Origin: Thermoplasmata archaeon
GTDB lineage: Archaea; Thermoplasmatota; Thermoplasmata; Lutacidiplasmatales; SKW197
NCBI GenBank assembly: GCA_049970095.1
Contig: JBMFNP010000001.1
Coordinates: 18,912 to 82,911, forward strand
Reading direction: 5' to 3'
DNA: 64,000 nt
In this document: positions 48,618 through 57,557 of the stretch, one piece after another
How positions within the stretch are numbered: position 1 is the first letter of the stretch
Layout: each line of letters opens with the position of its first letter
Position numbers and translations under genes: made by a program
The notes under the pieces: model-generated
The model's database searches: none
What the model was told of the DNA's origin: nothing
What the model saw: only the letters and a program-made list of their open reading frames with translations

Positions 48618-49121
48618 ATGCACAGAAGTTTCCATAAACCGAAAAGTTTTTTATTCTCAAAAAAAGGTGCGGCGGATTTTTATGAAGAGATACCTACGGT
48701 TATCATCGCCATCACCTCAATCACGCTTTTCTTTCTCGCTGCAACAGTGGCATATGCCAATTACCAGGCAACTTACACGCACATAGACTACCGTGCAAAA
48801 TGCAATAAATTCCTGCGGGACATAAGAGGCTGGGAAAACCTAACATATGGGAACATGGAAGGGCTCTTTGATGCCAGAAAAGTGGCTACATACACACTGG
48901 ATAATCTCACCCGTGCGTTCCAGCCGGATTTTGATTTTGAGGTAAATATCACAGACACAAGCCCCTATTACTGGAAGTATAATCGTATTGTTAAAACAGG
49001 GACTATTCCTGACACCAGTTCACTCACCTACGGTGTGTATGTAATTTCATGTGGAATTGCAATATTTGTGAATGAAGAGGAAATACATGAAGGTAAATTA
49101 ACAGTAACCATCTGGAGGTGA
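48618..49121 (+). CDS. pilin-like / class-III-signal-peptide protein 1 of operon
   Basis: N-terminus …SKKG|AADFYEEIPTVIIAITSITLFFLAATVAY (basic residues, Gly, hydrophobic stretch). 167 aa, strong SD. Confidence 0.55.
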   Translation: MHRSFHKPKSFLFSKKGAADFYEEIPTVIIAITSITLFFLAATVAYANYQATYTHIDYRAKCNKFLRDIRGWENLTYGNMEGLFDARKVATYTLDNLTRAFQPDFDFEVNITDTSPYYWKYNRIVKTGTIPDTSSLTYGVYVISCGIAIFVNEEEIHEGKLTVTIWR

Positions 49122-49122
49122 G
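49115..49122 (+). promoter_or_regulatory. Shine-Dalgarno GGAGGTGA 3 nt upstream of TTG start 49126
   Basis: ctggaggtgagaaTTGaacagaaag. Confidence 0.6.
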
Positions 49123-49125
49123 AAT

Positions 49126-49644
49126 TTGAACAGAAAGAAGAGGGGACAGAGTTCACTTTTTGACATGGTTTTTTTCATTCCACTCTTAATTCTTGCGGGC
49201 TTAATACTCAATTTTTCCACAGTTAAAATTTATGACAACACCGTAAAAGACGACGAAAAAATCGTTGTGGTGTCCGAAACCCTGGAGAACATTCTCAGGG
49301 TAACAATAGACAAAGCCACATACACTGCGAGCAGTGCAACCATTCTTCTTGAGGACCAGAGTGTTCTGGAACTGATTTTTGAGGATTTGTATTTGAGAGA
49401 TAAAGGTGTGGCGGATGTGAACAATATTAAGCAGGGCATTGAGGCGAAAATAAATGCCGCAATAAGAGGTGTGGTATCTCCGGAATACCACTATAATCTT
49501 TCTGCCACTTACAAAAATGTAAATATCTGGATGTCAGATTATGGTCCCAGTCCACAGATCAAATACACCTCAACGGAATATTTCAAGATGCCATATGAAC
49601 CCACAAATGTGGTGAAGGTAACCCTTGCAATTTGGCTCCGTTAA
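49126..49644 (+). CDS. pilin-like / class-III-signal-peptide protein 2 of operon (TTG start)
   Basis: N-terminus MNRKKRG|QSSLFDMVFFIPLLILAGLILNF fits the archaeal prepilin-peptidase substrate pattern (K/R-G, then a small residue, then a hydrophobic stretch). Confidence 0.55.
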   Translation: MNRKKRGQSSLFDMVFFIPLLILAGLILNFSTVKIYDNTVKDDEKIVVVSETLENILRVTIDKATYTASSATILLEDQSVLELIFEDLYLRDKGVADVNNIKQGIEAKINAAIRGVVSPEYHYNLSATYKNVNIWMSDYGPSPQIKYTSTEYFKMPYEPTNVVKVTLAIWLR

Positions 49645-49652
49645 GGAGGTGA
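49645..49652 (+). promoter_or_regulatory. Shine-Dalgarno GGAGGTGA 5 nt upstream of ATG 49658
   Basis: ttaaggaggtgagaaaaATGaataaagg. Confidence 0.65.
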
Positions 49653-49657
49653 GAAAA

Positions 49658-52600
49658 ATGAATAAAGGAAAATTGAGAAAAATAAGAATGAATGAGAGGG
49701 GCAGAGTTCCATTTGCTCTGGTTGCACTCGTAATCCTCTCGCTTGCAACAGTAAGCACATTGTATATCGCAGAAATTGATAAGGAACGCTCAGAAAAGGT
49801 AATAGAACACTATCAGGCAGATACGAATAATATTGCGAGGGCATGTGGTGAGGAACTGGAAACAGTGGCATACTATATTCTGATGCAAGTGATTGCAGAT
49901 ATGAATAATCAGCACAATCCACCACTTGACCAGATAAACAAAAGGTTACAGGATAATTTCGCTGCGTATGTGAACACATATTATAAGCCGAAGCGGATGG
50001 ATACATACTGGATAACTGTGAAAGAACACCATGTGTATTTTATCATGGATATTTTCAATGTGAATGATTCTATAGATATCTCAAACCAGAGCAAGCCCGA
50101 GTTTTTGCTGTTTGCATCACCCAGCACAAATGAAATAGACATGACAACAAACACAATGTTAAGCCAGACAAAGAAGGTTGCATATCCGAGGGTAGCGGGA
50201 AATGTAACACTGGAATTAAAAGATGTGCGTGCAAATTACATAGTGACCAAAACAATGGAGTTTGACAAGAATCTGTATTCTGCATTGCCGATGATGCGCA
50301 GTGCCTATGACTTTCTCTCAAGAACCTCTTTTGGTGATTTTGGGGAGTTAGGAAGATTGACAAAATTCATACTTACAACGATTGCCCAGTATAGAGTACT
50401 GCTTGGTTATGCTGGTGGCGGCTATGGCATCTACACCTATCCAAAGGAACAGATACTCACGCAGGATGATGTAAAAATTGCAGTGAATGTGGCAATGCTT
50501 CTGCTCTCTGCAAGATATTTTAGAGATTATGATAAAGATGCTGCTACCCAGCTCGGTGTAAACGCATTGTTTGAGAACTGGGTGAAAAATGGAACGGTGG
50601 ATGCTGCGGACATCTGGGCGTTGTATAAGAATATCATGGACACAAAAATAGACACAGGCAAGATTTTAGCCCAGAGCATCTATTCCTTTGCAGATAGATT
50701 TGCGTATGAACTCCTGACAATATTCTGGGATCCGGACACAGATTATTTTGCAGACCCAATCTTGAAGGAGCCATTCAGGGACTGGAATGAGGCAAAGGGT
50801 AAGGGAGAGACATGGGCAAAGGCAATGCTTAAAATCTGGCTTGGAAAATTCCGTTCATGGCTGGGAATTGCAGAAAGCATTGGGGATTACGAGAGTTCAG
50901 CATATATTAACGAAATGTCTGGTTTCTATGTGGCATACTGTCCTGTGCACGATGAGATTGTTGCAGGAACCTATACAGTGTTCCCTGGTGGTACATGGTA
51001 TGTGCATGCGTACGGAGTGCCAGACACAAGAGATCTTATTCTTGGAGAATCTGGAAATCCAAATCTTGATGCTCAACCCTATAAAGTTGAGACCTGGGAT
51101 GATTTCAGTGGCATTGGAAAGAGGTTATATAATTACTATGTGGTGAAGGAATCATTGATAAAGAAACATGCACACAGTAGCACACCCTACTATGACACGC
51201 TCTATGATATTCTTGAGGCTCTGAATAGAACCATGAAAAAACTTTCACCGAGTGTAAATGACAAACCGAACAAAGGATTTATGGATTATATGGCATACGA
51301 TATCTCAAAACGGCACAATCTTGAAGATACTGGTCTACAGGTAGATCCGAGTGATAAAACCACAATTCTTCTCAACCACTCAGACTATCTGATAAACACA
51401 GGTGCAATAAAGCAGGGAATCAATGATATGGCATCCTATGCAAGTGCGTTCAATGTGAGAGATAACTGGTGGAGATATGGCGCATACCATAGAGAGCAAA
51501 CAAATCCCAAAACTGGCTATCTATATGCAATCACGCAGGAAACTGTGGACCTCTGGTACGAAATGGTAGTAAACCTCTTCATGAGTGCAATAAAGGACTT
51601 TGACCCGTTTCCCTCAAGGGGTTTCCCGCCCTCAGTACAGCGGAGCGACTGGTATAATCCAAATGGTGCCTTTAAATTCAAAAATGACTTACTGAAAGAC
51701 GCTTTCATGCGTGTGTGCATAAAGTATGCAGATCCAAGGCGTGCGTCCTGGCATGATGAGGCATGGGATGGAACCCCACCCTGCTGTTCAATTCCAAAGA
51801 TGATTATTCTTGCAGAGGTGAATGCAGAATGGACAGATCTCAATATCTGGAACCATATAATGGCTGACATACGAGAAGCAGTTGAGGATACTGTTGGAAG
51901 AAACGGGCTCTTGATGGACATTACCAGGGATATGAAAGAAAATCTTGACGAAGTTACAGACATGCATGCCTATCAAGAAAATTATTACCGATTCATAAGG
52001 GAGTACATTGGCACCAAATTCATTGGAACTTCCGGATCAAATACCTGCCTGGTTGTAGCCCTTACGAAGCAGGGTGGCTGGGTTGAGAACATAATGCAGA
52101 CCACACTTAATCACATAAGAGACAATGCGGATTTGAGCAACATTGTATTATTTGAGCAAACAAACTATAGAATGGTATATGATTTCTGGGAGAACAATCT
52201 CACCACAGCATCCCAGAATGAAAGTATCCTCCATGAGGAATTGAGGGTGAAGCAGTATCCCACAGTGCTCTCACCCGGCTCTGGAATTAATGTCCAGATC
52301 ACCATACCTACAAAGGGAGTGCATTATGTAGATGCACAGGATGTGGAGCATAACATGGGTGATGCGCCCTTCACCACCCAGTGGGATGTAACAATAACAG
52401 GCAGTGTGCGAATTACAGTGAATGCTCTCAGATACTCACTGCTAAAAGGTCCAACGCATATCCAGACAATTTACAACAATACCGTTAAAATAGACATGAA
52501 TTTTCCAGTGGTGGTTTATTCTGGATGGAATTTAGAATCAGGATGGCGCAGATATGATATTGACTATCCAATGACACGCGGATACTTTGGAATTCCACCA

Positions 52601-53872
52601 AAAGACGACTCCTTTGACCCCTGGTTTATAAGCAAGCCCTTTGTTGAGTTGATAGAAGGAATGAAGGATGCAGCGGATTGGGTAATGGACAGAGACATGC
52701 GCATGAACCTCCTGCTGATGAATTATCTGGACAAAGGTGTGGAGCAGGAAGTGCATCTTTCAAAGATAATATCAGATGTGCTGAAGACAAACTGCATTCT
52801 ATTGCGTGATGCAGCCAAATCCAACTATCTCTCCGAGTTAAGCCAGAGATTCAATGCTGTGTTCTCTGCAGGAAGGGTGAGCACATACAACATTAAATTT
52901 TATGGATTTGATGCCACCTTCAAAAGTGGCTCAAAAGTTCTGGATTACAAGAGTAAATACTTTACCACAGAGATTGACTATGCAAATCTGAAAAACCAAC
53001 TCAAGTATGAGGCAAATGATTTTGATTTCAACGACGCAAGTGAACCACTGAGTGGAACATTCGGGAAGTTCAGTTTGACTGCACACAACACATACTTCGG
53101 AGAGACATTCACCACAAACATTGAGGAACCGAGCAGGACGCCCATAAGATGCGAATGGGCAGCAACAGTTAACGGAATATATGTGCCTTACCTGCATAAG
53201 ACCATCACTCTGAATATTGGAGCGATTTTGATGGGAAGTTCCACAATGCCTTCAAGTGTGTCCAGCGCCTTCAGCAATAACGCGGTGTATTTGAAGGCAA
53301 ATATGGAAGACCTGAGTGTATTCCTCAAATACTCACTGGGAGATGTGTATTCCCACTGTGTGAATGACCTTACAAGCAGTCAGGGCTTTGGCTTCTTCTT
53401 TGAATATACAGATGGTGGAAAAACCTACAGACAGGAATATGTGATTGCACAGTTTCCAGGTGCGAGCTGGAGCGAGGGACATATAAGAACATATCTGATA
53501 TCAGTTATTAACCACATACGCCAGATTGTATATAACATAGGAAATCCAGAAATTCCCACAGCACTTTATTCCTCCTATCCCACAGATATAGGAAATGCGA
53601 TGAAAGTGCAGAATCGCTGGAAGAATTATGATTATCTGGGAGATGCTGTAACATCCGTTACAATCAATGCTCATGCATCACTGCTTGGAAAGGTGGGTGC
53701 AGGAATAGACGCAGGTATCGTGCGAATTGAGTTTGAGGTTGTGGGCAAAGACAACTGGATTGTAGAAGGGAGAACAATGAATGGCGGCAGTTCTCCGCCG
53801 CCTCCACCACCACCTCCACCACCACCGCCACCCGGTGGAAGGCTAGATGGAATTGATGTATCTAACTGGTAG
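49658..53872 (+). CDS. giant (~1400 aa) protein with pilin-like N-terminus, large domain of unknown fold, 13-residue poly-Pro linker and the first strand of a GH25 muramidase domain; terminated by TAG inside the GH25 GIDVSxWQG motif
   Basis: SD-supported start MNKGKLRKIRMNERG|RVPFALVALVILSLATVSTLYIAEI. It ends …NGGSSPPPPPPPPPPPPPGGRLDGIDVSNW-TAG. The GH25 homology continues in the same frame immediately after the TAG. Confidence 0.8.
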   Translation: MNKGKLRKIRMNERGRVPFALVALVILSLATVSTLYIAEIDKERSEKVIEHYQADTNNIARACGEELETVAYYILMQVIADMNNQHNPPLDQINKRLQDNFAAYVNTYYKPKRMDTYWITVKEHHVYFIMDIFNVNDSIDISNQSKPEFLLFASPSTNEIDMTTNTMLSQTKKVAYPRVAGNVTLELKDVRANYIVTKTMEFDKNLYSALPMMRSAYDFLSRTSFGDFGELGRLTKFILTTIAQYRVLLGYAGGGYGIYTYPKEQILTQDDVKIAVNVAMLLLSARYFRDYDKDAATQLGVNALFENWVKNGTVDAADIWALYKNIMDTKIDTGKILAQSIYSFADRFAYELLTIFWDPDTDYFADPILKEPFRDWNEAKGKGETWAKAMLKIWLGKFRSWLGIAESIGDYESSAYINEMSGFYVAYCPVHDEIVAGTYTVFPGGTWYVHAYGVPDTRDLILGESGNPNLDAQPYKVETWDDFSGIGKRLYNYYVVKESLIKKHAHSSTPYYDTLYDILEALNRTMKKLSPSVNDKPNKGFMDYMAYDISKRHNLEDTGLQVDPSDKTTILLNHSDYLINTGAIKQGINDMASYASAFNVRDNWWRYGAYHREQTNPKTGYLYAITQETVDLWYEMVVNLFMSAIKDFDPFPSRGFPPSVQRSDWYNPNGAFKFKNDLLKDAFMRVCIKYADPRRASWHDEAWDGTPPCCSIPKMIILAEVNAEWTDLNIWNHIMADIREAVEDTVGRNGLLMDITRDMKENLDEVTDMHAYQENYYRFIREYIGTKFIGTSGSNTCLVVALTKQGGWVENIMQTTLNHIRDNADLSNIVLFEQTNYRMVYDFWENNLTTASQNESILHEELRVKQYPTVLSPGSGINVQITIPTKGVHYVDAQDVEHNMGDAPFTTQWDVTITGSVRITVNALRYSLLKGPTHIQTIYNNTVKIDMNFPVVVYSGWNLESGWRRYDIDYPMTRGYFGIPPKDDSFDPWFISKPFVELIEGMKDAADWVMDRDMRMNLLLMNYLDKGVEQEVHLSKIISDVLKTNCILLRDAAKSNYLSELSQRFNAVFSAGRVSTYNIKFYGFDATFKSGSKVLDYKSKYFTTEIDYANLKNQLKYEANDFDFNDASEPLSGTFGKFSLTAHNTYFGETFTTNIEEPSRTPIRCEWAATVNGIYVPYLHKTITLNIGAILMGSSTMPSSVSSAFSNNAVYLKANMEDLSVFLKYSLGDVYSHCVNDLTSSQGFGFFFEYTDGGKTYRQEYVIAQFPGASWSEGHIRTYLISVINHIRQIVYNIGNPEIPTALYSSYPTDIGNAMKVQNRWKNYDYLGDAVTSVTINAHASLLGKVGAGIDAGIVRIEFEVVGKDNWIVEGRTMNGGSSPPPPPPPPPPPPPGGRLDGIDVSNW

Positions 53873-53974
53873 GGCACAATCAACTGGGTTTCTGTCAGGG
53901 CTGCAGGATATTACTTTGCGTTTGCAAAAGCCACGGAAGGTGTAAGTTATGTAGACCCAACTTTCAGTACAAAT

Positions 53975-54457
53975 ATGAGAAATGCCAAGGCAGCAGGAAT
54001 TTACATAGGAGCATATCATTATGCCCACCCGGACAGGAATTCAGCAATTGCAGAAGCAGACCACTTCGTGAGTGTGATAATGCCATATATCTCTACTGGC
54101 TATATGGTACCTGCGCTTGACCTGGAGGAGGGTTATTCTATCGGGAAGCCTGCGCTTTCCCAGTGGGTAAATACTTTTATGAACAGAGTGAAGGCAAGGA
54201 CAGGAGTGACACCTGTAATTTATACAAGCGCAAATTATGCAAGGAACTATCTTGATTCCTCAGTCACTGTATGGCCACTGTGGATTGCGCACTGGACATA
54301 CAATCCTGGGAGTTCCCCAAGTACGGGTGTCTGGAGTACCTGGTATTTCTGGCAGTATAGTGATAAAGGCCATGTGCCAGGCATCTCAGGCAATGTTGAT
54401 CTGGATGTTTTTAATGGAGATCTATCTGCGCTGGAAGCGAGTTTTGTAATCCATTGA
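53975..54457 (+). CDS. GH25-family lysozyme/muramidase domain, as called from an internal Met; the homology actually starts at 53846 in frame with the upstream giant ORF across TAG 53870-53872
   Basis: GRLDGIDVSNW*GTINWVSVRAAGYYFAFAKATEGVSYVDPTFSTNMRNAKAAGIYIGAYHYAHP…ALDLEEG…WIAHW…WYFWQYSDKGHVPGISGNVDLDVFNG aligns residue-for-residue with the Streptomyces GH25 (Cellosyl) pattern GIDVSHWQGSINW…AYIKATEG…GAYHFA…LDIE…FWQYS…GDVDRNKFNG. The TAG replaces the conserved Gln. Confidence 0.8.
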   Translation: MRNAKAAGIYIGAYHYAHPDRNSAIAEADHFVSVIMPYISTGYMVPALDLEEGYSIGKPALSQWVNTFMNRVKARTGVTPVIYTSANYARNYLDSSVTVWPLWIAHWTYNPGSSPSTGVWSTWYFWQYSDKGHVPGISGNVDLDVFNGDLSALEASFVIH

Positions 54458-54621
54458 TTTTCTCTAATTTTTTTGTTGCTTCTAACAAAGATTTTAAAAA
54501 TGTGCTGGTACCTGTATCAAGCACTGCGTTTGAGGGCAAGCATCTACCTAATGAGAGAATTGAGAAGGTATATCAAAAACTTTATTACACCCTTCTGATA
54601 TACCGCTCGCTGGTGAAATCT

Positions 54622-55950
54622 ATGAACAAGAAACAGAAATTTTTTTTGTTAGTTGTAATTGTATCGGTTATCATCCTCATCGGTGCCACCGCATGGTTTG
54701 CCAGCGTGCGTGAGAGTACTGAGAAACTCCAGGTAGTGGCAACTTTTTATCCACTGTATTTTTTTGCTAGTGAGGTAGGAAAGGATAAAGCGGAGGTAAG
54801 CATGTTGATTCCAGACAACAGCGAAGTGCATTCTTGGGAACCTGGAATCCCTGATATTCTCAAGGTTGAAAAAGCGAAAATTTTTATATACAACGGAGCT
54901 GGCCTTGAGCCATGGGTACCAGATGTAATTTCAGCAGTAAAGAATAGGCCCCTGATTGTTGATGCCTCCAAGGACATTTCGCTTGCGCTCTCACCAGCAA
55001 TTCAGGAAATTCTAGACACCGCTAAAAATCTGATGGAGACACAGAATTACACCACGGTTAACACCTCACAAAACCCCACGCTTTATCCCACTGAGACGCA
55101 ATACTATCAAATTATTCTCGGGCAAAACAGCACTGAATATGCTGGAACGCTAAAAATTGAAAACACACAAGGAGGAGAATTTTTCATAGGTGCAGATACA
55201 AATATTCCCTTTGATCTTCGGGTAAACGGAACCCTCCTTGTCCCCAAGATTACTGTAAACGGAACCCAGATAGAGGCGTACCCACCTCTGAAAATGGCCC
55301 AGATTTTTTCGCTTAATTCCAGTGCTATAGCTAGCATGAATATAATGGCAACTAGCCCATGTATTAATCTGACTATCTTCCAAATTAAGGAGATGGAACA
55401 TGAGAGTGAAATGCATGAACATGCACTCTATGACCCGCACATCTGGGTTGACCCAATACTCGCAAAAATCCAGGTGGATAACATTCTCAAAGCATTCATA
55501 GATACAGACCCGCAAAACTCTGATTATTACATCCAGAATGCAAAAATTCTCAAACAGAAACTTGACAAACTACACGCAGACTTTTTATCTGGTCTGAGAA
55601 ACAAGACAAAGAGTGACATTGTCTGTACACATCTAGCATTCAATTATCTCGGTAAAAGGTATGGGTTCAATGTGCATGCTGCTGTAGGAATTACCGCAGA
55701 CAAAGAACCGAGCCCCGCAGACCTTGCAAATCTCTCAGCACTCATCAGAGCACTTGGCCTGCGGTATGTTTATGTGGAACCTGGTTTTTCTGATAGATAT
55801 ATGCAAACCCTTGCGAACGAAACTGGCGCACAGATTTTGATACTGGATGCGGTACATGGTAGAACAGGAGTGCATGCAAATATGGATTATTTTCAGATAA
55901 TGTATGAAAATCTGAAGAACCTGCGCATCGGATTGGAGGTAAACCCTTGA
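54622..55950 (+). CDS. znuA: metal (Zn/Mn) ABC transporter substrate-binding protein, ZnuA/TroA-like, with ~150-aa inserted beta-rich domain and His-rich loop
   Basis: Signal/anchor MNKKQKFFLLVVIVSVIILIGATAWFA. TroA-fold N-lobe. The insertion NLMETQNYTTVNTSQ…INLTIFQIKEMEHESEMHEHALYDPHIWVDP contains the conserved DPHIW motif. The C-lobe follows. Start chosen at the internal Met (track ORF begins at 54454). Confidence 0.7.
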   Translation: MNKKQKFFLLVVIVSVIILIGATAWFASVRESTEKLQVVATFYPLYFFASEVGKDKAEVSMLIPDNSEVHSWEPGIPDILKVEKAKIFIYNGAGLEPWVPDVISAVKNRPLIVDASKDISLALSPAIQEILDTAKNLMETQNYTTVNTSQNPTLYPTETQYYQIILGQNSTEYAGTLKIENTQGGEFFIGADTNIPFDLRVNGTLLVPKITVNGTQIEAYPPLKMAQIFSLNSSAIASMNIMATSPCINLTIFQIKEMEHESEMHEHALYDPHIWVDPILAKIQVDNILKAFIDTDPQNSDYYIQNAKILKQKLDKLHADFLSGLRNKTKSDIVCTHLAFNYLGKRYGFNVHAAVGITADKEPSPADLANLSALIRALGLRYVYVEPGFSDRYMQTLANETGAQILILDAVHGRTGVHANMDYFQIMYENLKNLRIGLEVNP

Positions 55951-56723
55951 CACAACCAGTGATTGAGGTTGAACATCTTTCGGTAAGGAGGGGTAACACG
56001 ATTGTTGTAAGTGATGCAACATTCACAATCAACAGAGGAGATTATGTTGGAATTGTGGGACCGAATGGAGGGGGTAAAACAACACTTGTGGAGGCAATTC
56101 TGGGACTGCTACCCAAAGAAAGTGGGAAAATAACAATTTTAGGAAAGCCTGTTGAAGAGTTTGACATGTGGGAAAAGGTGGGTTATGTCCCACAGCATGC
56201 GATTAATTTTGACACAATGTTTCCGCTCACTGTAAAAGAACTTGTTGCTCTGGGGAGAATCGGGAGATGGAACCTCGGAAAGAAACTGAATCCTGAGGAC
56301 TGGAAAGAAATCAAGGAGGCGATGGAATTTCTTGAAATCGCCCACCTTGCAGAGAGACGGGTTGGGAAATTGTCTGGTGGGCAGATGCAGCGGGTGTTTA
56401 TTGCCCGTGCCATTACCAGAAAACCAGAAATTCTGATTCTTGATGAGCCCGTGGCAGGTATTGACCCAAGTTTGCAAGAAAGATTCTACAAACTTCTGAG
56501 CAATCTAAATCTGAAAAAAAGGACAACAATTGTTGTGGTTTCCCATGACCTATCAGTGGTATTCTGCAGGATGTCCAAAGTAATCTGCGTCAACAGAAAA
56601 ACCTATACATGCGAGGTAAATGAAACTACAGAACCCGAGAAAATATTGAGAGAGGTATATGGAGAACACTTCCATTTTGTATTTCACAAACATGAGTGCA
56701 GGGGGATTTTTGGAAATGAGTGA
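55947..56723 (+). CDS. znuC: metal ABC transporter ATP-binding protein (ZnuC-like), TTG start with SD GGAGGT
   Basis: Walker A GPNGGGKTT, ABC signature LSGGQMQRV, Walker B ILILDEP. Translationally coupled to znuA (stop/start overlap). Confidence 0.85.
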   Translation: MTQPVIEVEHLSVRRGNTIVVSDATFTINRGDYVGIVGPNGGGKTTLVEAILGLLPKESGKITILGKPVEEFDMWEKVGYVPQHAINFDTMFPLTVKELVALGRIGRWNLGKKLNPEDWKEIKEAMEFLEIAHLAERRVGKLSGGQMQRVFIARAITRKPEILILDEPVAGIDPSLQERFYKLLSNLNLKKRTTIVVVSHDLSVVFCRMSKVICVNRKTYTCEVNETTEPEKILREVYGEHFHFVFHKHECRGIFGNE

Positions 56724-57540
56724 ACTCTCATTTTTTGACATTGTTACCCTTTTCACCTACCAGTTCTTCAGGTATGCTATCATAGGTGGAATCCTTGTGG
56801 CTGTCGCATGTGCCCTAATTGGCATATTCGTTGTTCTGAGAAAACAATCAATGCTTGGAGATGGCCTTGCCCATGCCTCTTTTGGCGGAATCGCACTTGG
56901 GCTATTTATTGGGGTTCTCCCACTGATTACCGCACTCCTTGTTTCCATCATAGCAGTGCTATCCATATCATATCTGAAAAGGCATGGAATTGCACCTTCA
57001 GATGCCTCCATTGCAGTTTTTCTGGCACTGGGATTTGCAACAGGGCTGGTGCTTATAAGTTTATCTGGCGGATTTAATGTTGACCTGTTCGCCTACTTAT
57101 TCGGTTCAATTCTGACAATTGATGCCGGGGATCTGTTTCTAATCCTTATCCTCAGTGGTGTGATCATCGTGTTTATTGCAGTATTTTACAAAGAACTGGT
57201 TGCAATATGCTTTGACGAACAATATGCAAAACTCTCTGGGATTCCAGTCAATGTGCTAAACATTGTATTTGACATTCTTGTGGCAAGCACTATTGTAATT
57301 TCAATAAAAATTGTAGGTGTAATTCTAGTTTCTGCAATGATTGTTATCCCTGCACTTTCTGCCCTCCAACTGAATTTATCTTTCAAAAAAACAATAATTT
57401 CAAGTGTGGCATTTGCAATCACCAGTGTTGTAATAGGTATCATGCTCTCTGCCATTTACGGCGTGGCTACCAGTGGTGTAATTGTATTTACTGCAGGCGC
57501 AATATTTCTTATTACTGCAATTTACAAAAAACTGGAGTGA
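56716..57540 (+). CDS. znuB: metal ABC transporter permease (ZnuB-like)
   Basis: Start MSELSFFDIVTLF… overlaps the znuC stop by 8 nt. Polytopic membrane protein with a typical ZnuB/TroCD profile. Confidence 0.8.
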   Translation: MSELSFFDIVTLFTYQFFRYAIIGGILVAVACALIGIFVVLRKQSMLGDGLAHASFGGIALGLFIGVLPLITALLVSIIAVLSISYLKRHGIAPSDASIAVFLALGFATGLVLISLSGGFNVDLFAYLFGSILTIDAGDLFLILILSGVIIVFIAVFYKELVAICFDEQYAKLSGIPVNVLNIVFDILVASTIVISIKIVGVILVSAMIVIPALSALQLNLSFKKTIISSVAFAITSVVIGIMLSAIYGVATSGVIVFTAGAIFLITAIYKKLE

Positions 57541-57557
57541 AAATAGAGCATGCAAAC

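Noticed and set aside
53870-53872. Genome-wide TAG reassignment (TAG read as Gln or pyrrolysine) as the explanation for the in-frame TAG in the GH25 domain
   Set aside because: TAG is used as the terminator of other well-supported genes in the window (flippase at 6211-6213, geranylgeranyl reductase at 38598-38600), where read-through would add unmotivated extensions. No pyl cluster is evident here. A local nonsense change or error is more parsimonious, though context-specific read-through is not excluded.
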